A DNA stretch of 64,000 nt, taken from a virus (lineage: Duplodnaviria; Caudoviricetes). Below are positions 60,043 through 64,000 of this stretch, one piece after another. The stretch covers positions 139,625 to 203,624 of the IMG/VR virus record IMGVR_UViG_3300044856_000241, one strand, 5' to 3'. Below the pieces are notes generated by a model, which saw only the letters and a program-made list of their open reading frames with translations, ran no database searches and was not told where the DNA came from. How positions within the stretch are numbered: the stretch's first letter is position 1; each line of letters opens with the position of its first letter. The position numbers and the translations under genes were made by a program.

Positions 60043-60694
60043 AAAGAAAGAGAAAGCAAATGAAGTAGGAAAAATGAGTATTCTGGATTTTTGCAAAGGA
60101 TACAGAAATCAGCCAACCAATGAGGCAAAAGCAGAATATATTAAAAAGAATCTAGTGGTTAACCCATATCTATCAATTCTTGAGAAAGACGTACTCGCTG
60201 GTAGAATTGCAAATGCCACAATGTTCAAGTATGAGGGCGAAGGCGAAGATCGTAAACGTACTGATATTGTACAAATTAACTCTGTTGCACAGCGAGTATT
60301 ATTCGTCCGGATGATTATTGAAGGATACACAAATCTCCAGAGTACGACGCAGGGATTCTTTGAAGAATATGATGCTTTAAAACAGTCAGGATTATATGAT
60401 GTTCTGCTCGTTGATTATGAAGATGCACCATCTGTTATTCCTGGCAGAGAGATTGCTGAGTGTAGTGAACTTGTCGAATTGAAGATTTCTGATATCTTTA
60501 GAAACTATGACTCTCCCACTTCTTTTATCTCCAATCAGGTTGAGAGATTTGGAAAACTTGCAAATCTTACAATTGAGCCAATACTGAATGCACTTCAGAG
60601 TAAGATTGGTGATATTCCAAGAGAGGATCTGGATAATGTAATTCAGATGGCTAAGGAAGCTAAGAATGGAGACTACAAAGAGGTATGTAAATAA
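60029..60694 (+). CDS. hypothetical protein (possible tail assembly chaperone)
   Basis: GGAGG RBS; located upstream of the tape measure gene. Confidence 0.6.
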   Translation: MLQFKKKEKANEVGKMSILDFCKGYRNQPTNEAKAEYIKKNLVVNPYLSILEKDVLAGRIANATMFKYEGEGEDRKRTDIVQINSVAQRVLFVRMIIEGYTNLQSTTQGFFEEYDALKQSGLYDVLLVDYEDAPSVIPGREIAECSELVELKISDIFRNYDSPTSFISNQVERFGKLANLTIEPILNALQSKIGDIPREDLDNVIQMAKEAKNGDYKEVCK

Positions 60695-60894
60695 TGAGCG
60701 ATTATAGTGATATTTTTAGATTAGATGATCGTTGCCCAGAAGTCTGGAAAGGGACTGATAAAAATATGCGCGAAAAAGCAAGAGATGAAATTATCAAAAT
60801 TATTCACAAATATAATCTATCTCTTGCTCAATCTGCATTTCTTTTTAAAAAAATTATTACTGAATTAGGCGACACACCAATTAATGAATTATAA
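60694..60894 (+). CDS. hypothetical protein
   Basis: coupled TAATG. Confidence 0.55.
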   Translation: MSDYSDIFRLDDRCPEVWKGTDKNMREKARDEIIKIIHKYNLSLAQSAFLFKKIITELGDTPINEL

Positions 60895-61053
60895 TGATTT
60901 TTTCTTTAAAATTTCAAAATATTCATTATAAAGATCGATATATTTGTTGACAATTGTTTCTGGTTCTTCATTATAATTTTTAATAAACTCAGTTTGTCTA
61001 ATATGTTCGTCGGTTAAGGTATATGCAATCTTTTTAGCAAGTTCTATATTCAT
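60889..61053 (-). CDS. 54-aa moron protein (not in ORF track)
   Basis: AGGAGGAG RBS; TTGCAT-17-TATAAT at 61078-61106. Confidence 0.6.
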   Translation of the reverse strand: MNIELAKKIAYTLTDEHIRQTEFIKNYNEEPETIVNKYIDLYNEYFEILKKKSL

Positions 61054-61326
61054 ACAATCTCCTCCTCTCTGAAGATGATTATAATACAGAATGATATTTT
61101 ATGCAAACTAATAAATTAGCTCCTGTTTTATCCATGCGCTCCTAGTCAGGGCGCAAATATTTATATACATAAAATATCCTCAGTAAACCAGCTGTGGTGT
61201 TTTATTCTAGGCTCCGTATCTGTCACAGGATATGGGGCTATTTCTATATATGGAGAGTGGTGTGTGCTACTCTTCTATTTTTTATTTTATATTTTGAACG
61301 AATTTTTATTTTTGGAGGTGAAGTGT

Positions 61327-61785
61327 ATGGGGAATCAGAGTTTAGAAAAAATGATTTTACAAAAGTATCAAAAAGTTGCAGATCATATCGCAGAAAAAAT
61401 AGCTCCTGAAGTCAATCAGTTATTTAAAGAATCTGTCGAAAAATCTTTGACCAATTACTATAATTCATACGATCCGGATTGGTACAAACGTACTAACAAT
61501 TTTATGAGTGTTGGAGAAAGTTCAACAACCACAGGAAAAGGAAATGTCATTGAGATGTATGTAGATCATTCTCCAATGCATGATTATCCTGGATTCAATG
61601 GAAAGAAACCACTTCCGTCAGAAGACGCTTTCGACATGTTTTTTGATTATGGAAATCATGGACACGGATATTGGTTAAAGGCTATTTCTACACCACCACA
61701 ACAGTTGGTTCAAAAAGATATTGATTCTGGATTTGATGGGAAAATACAAAAAATACTTAGAGATACTTTTAAAAATATTAAATAA
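61327..61785 (+). CDS. hypothetical tail-region protein
   Basis: GGAGGTG RBS; YYNSYDPDWYKRT. Confidence 0.7.
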   Translation: MGNQSLEKMILQKYQKVADHIAEKIAPEVNQLFKESVEKSLTNYYNSYDPDWYKRTNNFMSVGESSTTTGKGNVIEMYVDHSPMHDYPGFNGKKPLPSEDAFDMFFDYGNHGHGYWLKAISTPPQQLVQKDIDSGFDGKIQKILRDTFKNIK

Positions 61786-61804
61786 TGAAAGGTTAGGTGA
61801 TTAA

Positions 61805-64000
61805 ATGCCTCAAGGAATGGACAGTTGGAAAATTACGATTGAAGCGGATATATCTGCTTTAAAAGAGCAAATTAAAAAAGCCCAATCTGAATTAGATCTT
61901 ATTACGAATGGTGATCATACTGTCAAATTAGATATAGACACAAAAAGTTTAGATTCCGCAGTGAAGAATCTGGACAAGATGTTAAAAAGTCTTGGAAAAG
62001 GTACAGGCGATTTCAAACAGTTTGAAAATCTGTCAAGACAATTTAATGAGATGAGAAGTAACATTGAAAATGTCAAGAAATCTCTCGGCACTTTGAATGC
62101 CGACAAAGGAATGAAAAATATTCTTACAGCAATCAACAGTATCGACTCATCTCTCACCACTCTGGTAGCGAATCTTAAAGGTGTAACCAGTATTAATACT
62201 GGTAGTGCTGAAAAGGAAATAAAAGATTTAGCATCTGCAGGTGATAAAGCTGCCGATAGTATGGAACGTGCTGCACAGGCGAGAAAGAAGTTGGCTGAAA
62301 CGGATCTTTCATCCGGTGGAAGTAAATCCGCTCCTGCTACAGATAACAAATCTAAATCAAATGCAGAATACTTAAAAAATGTTCAAACTGCCTTAACAGA
62401 AACCCAAAAACGTTTAAGCGAATTAAAAGGGAAAGATTTAACTGATTTAGAAAAACCATTTTCTGATATTAGTTCTAAAGTTACAGAGCTAAATGAAAAG
62501 TTACAAAATGGTGAAATCACTTTGAAACAATATCAGTCTGCTGTAAATTCAGCATTCTCTGGATATGATAAAGAATTAAGCAATGTAACTTCTAATATTG
62601 AAAAAATGGTTACAAAGTCTTCCAATTTTGTTGGAAAGATTGATACTAAAAAAAACAATGTATTTCCAAGTGAAAAGTATAAAGCTCTAGTCAAAGAATC
62701 AAATGATCTTCTGGATAAAATGAAAAATATTCAGACTGAGATTAAAAATCAGAATGGTATTGCTTCTCAGGAACAGTTAAATCAGCTTGGACAATATAAT
62801 AAAAGAATTGAAGAGATTTACAATACAACAAAGAAAATGACTACTTCTGAGAAGGGTTCTACTGAAGGTAAGGCTATCAAAGAGATTAAGAAAATTTATG
62901 AAGCTCTTGATAAAAACACCAGAATGTCTTCAGAGGCAAAAGCTCAGTTACATAGCTATATTAACGAACTTAAAACTAATCCAGCAGCAAATGTAGAAGA
63001 AATTGCAGCTGCTTGGAAGAAAGTTATAGTTGCTGAAAAAGAAGCTGGACGTGGAGGTAAGTCACTCTTATCTGCTGTTGGAGAAAAAGCATTTTATGGA
63101 TTAGCGGGACAGATTGCAGGTATGGTTAGTCTGTTTGATGTAATTAATGTTGGGAAACAGGCAGTAAATCAAGTAATTGAGCTTGATACCGCATTAGTCG
63201 ACTTGCAGAAAACTACTACTATGTCTTCTTCTCAATTAAATCAGTTCTATTATGATGCCAATGATATAGCAAAGCAGATGGGTGTAACGACTCAAGAAAT
63301 TATTGAACAGGCAAGTGCATGGTCAAGACTTGGGTATTCTAGTGCCGAAGCTGCTACACAGATGGCTCAGTTAAGTTCTCAGTTTGCTTCTATTTCTCCT
63401 GGCATGGAAACTGATGATGCTCAAGAGGGTCTTGTGTCTATCATGAAGGCATGGGACATTGGTGTTGATGATGTTAAGTCCAAAATTATGGACAAAATTA
63501 ATATTCTCGGCAACACAATGGCGGAGAGTAACCAGGATATCGTTGAAGGTATGGAAAGATCCGCCGCTGCATTAGCAGCTGTTGGAACTTCTACGGAAGA
63601 TGCATTTGCAATGTTTAGTGGTATCAATGAGGTTCTGCAAAATGCAGAAAAAAGTGGTACAGCCCTTCGATCAATTTCCTTGCGTCTGCGATCTTTCGAC
63701 GAATCTACAGAAGAATATTCGGATGATTTGAAGAATATCACTGGTGAACTCGTAGATCTAACTAAAACAGCTCAACATACTCAAGGTGTATCTATTTTTA
63801 AAGATGGATCTACTACTGAGTTTAAGAGCTTAGTAGAATATTTTGGACAAATTCATGATATCTGGGATGAAATGAGCCAGAAGCAACAAAATGATTTCCT
63901 TATCAAAGCATTTGGACGTACACAGGCACAAGCTGGATCTGCATTGATTCAGAACTATGCTGGAGTCACAAAAGCTCTTGATGAAATGTCAAATAGTGCA
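61805..64000 (+). CDS. tail tape measure protein (5' partial, runs off the window)
   Basis: starts MPQGMDSW; downstream ELDTALVDLQKTT...EQASAWSRLGYS TP901-type core. Confidence 0.88.
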   Translation, partial: MPQGMDSWKITIEADISALKEQIKKAQSELDLITNGDHTVKLDIDTKSLDSAVKNLDKMLKSLGKGTGDFKQFENLSRQFNEMRSNIENVKKSLGTLNADKGMKNILTAINSIDSSLTTLVANLKGVTSINTGSAEKEIKDLASAGDKAADSMERAAQARKKLAETDLSSGGSKSAPATDNKSKSNAEYLKNVQTALTETQKRLSELKGKDLTDLEKPFSDISSKVTELNEKLQNGEITLKQYQSAVNSAFSGYDKELSNVTSNIEKMVTKSSNFVGKIDTKKNNVFPSEKYKALVKESNDLLDKMKNIQTEIKNQNGIASQEQLNQLGQYNKRIEEIYNTTKKMTTSEKGSTEGKAIKEIKKIYEALDKNTRMSSEAKAQLHSYINELKTNPAANVEEIAAAWKKVIVAEKEAGRGGKSLLSAVGEKAFYGLAGQIAGMVSLFDVINVGKQAVNQVIELDTALVDLQKTTTMSSSQLNQFYYDANDIAKQMGVTTQEIIEQASAWSRLGYSSAEAATQMAQLSSQFASISPGMETDDAQEGLVSIMKAWDIGVDDVKSKIMDKINILGNTMAESNQDIVEGMERSAAALAAVGTSTEDAFAMFSGINEVLQNAEKSGTALRSISLRLRSFDESTEEYSDDLKNITGELVDLTKTAQHTQGVSIFKDGSTTEFKSLVEYFGQIHDIWDEMSQKQQNDFLIKAFGRTQAQAGSALIQNYAGVTKALDEMSNSA

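Noticed and set aside
61915-63741. Minus-strand ORFs here and many similar short shadow ORFs in the track
   Set aside because: Antisense or out-of-frame shadows of long genes, without RBS
1-64000. CRISPR array
   Set aside because: No regularly spaced direct repeats with unique spacers were found by eye

Overview
This is an AT-rich 64-kb segment of a large temperate Firmicutes phage with SPbeta-like gene content and order; the host is probably Clostridia/Lachnospiraceae (inferred). 1-3.4 kb holds small leftward early genes. 2.5-4.4 kb is a control region with an Xre repressor, operators, sigma-A promoters, an antisense RNA, a boxA-like site and LexA boxes. The rightward genes that follow include a Rep-like wHTH protein, a ParB-like protein, a deaminase, a CoiA-like nuclease and a YonO-type single-subunit RNA polymerase. 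Next come HU-like proteins, a frameshifted IscB/omegaRNA element, a beta-CASP RNase, a ClpP-like protease, a phosphoesterase, homing-type endonucleases, an amidase and a tyrosine recombinase. There are six tRNAs plus tRNA-like RNAs, and an 11-kb fibre/adhesin module. The right half has terminase, portal, protease and capsid genes, a head-completion gene split by a group I intron, tail genes, a cysteine desulfurase, holin-like genes, RusA and the start of the tape measure gene. Most striking candidate novelties: (i) fibre proteins whose C-terminal tag class matches the N-terminal domain class of the next gene (a daisy-chain docking code); (ii) a GAGAAT(R) motif that may be the promoter of the phage RNAP; (iii) a family of fold-back RNAs sharing ACTCTCATAA; (iv) two three-way-junction RNAs with palindromic loops and SD-sequestering pseudoknots; (v) repeated ATA/ATC/ATT start codons alongside an atypical CAT tRNA. 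All calls were made by eye; no database searches were run.
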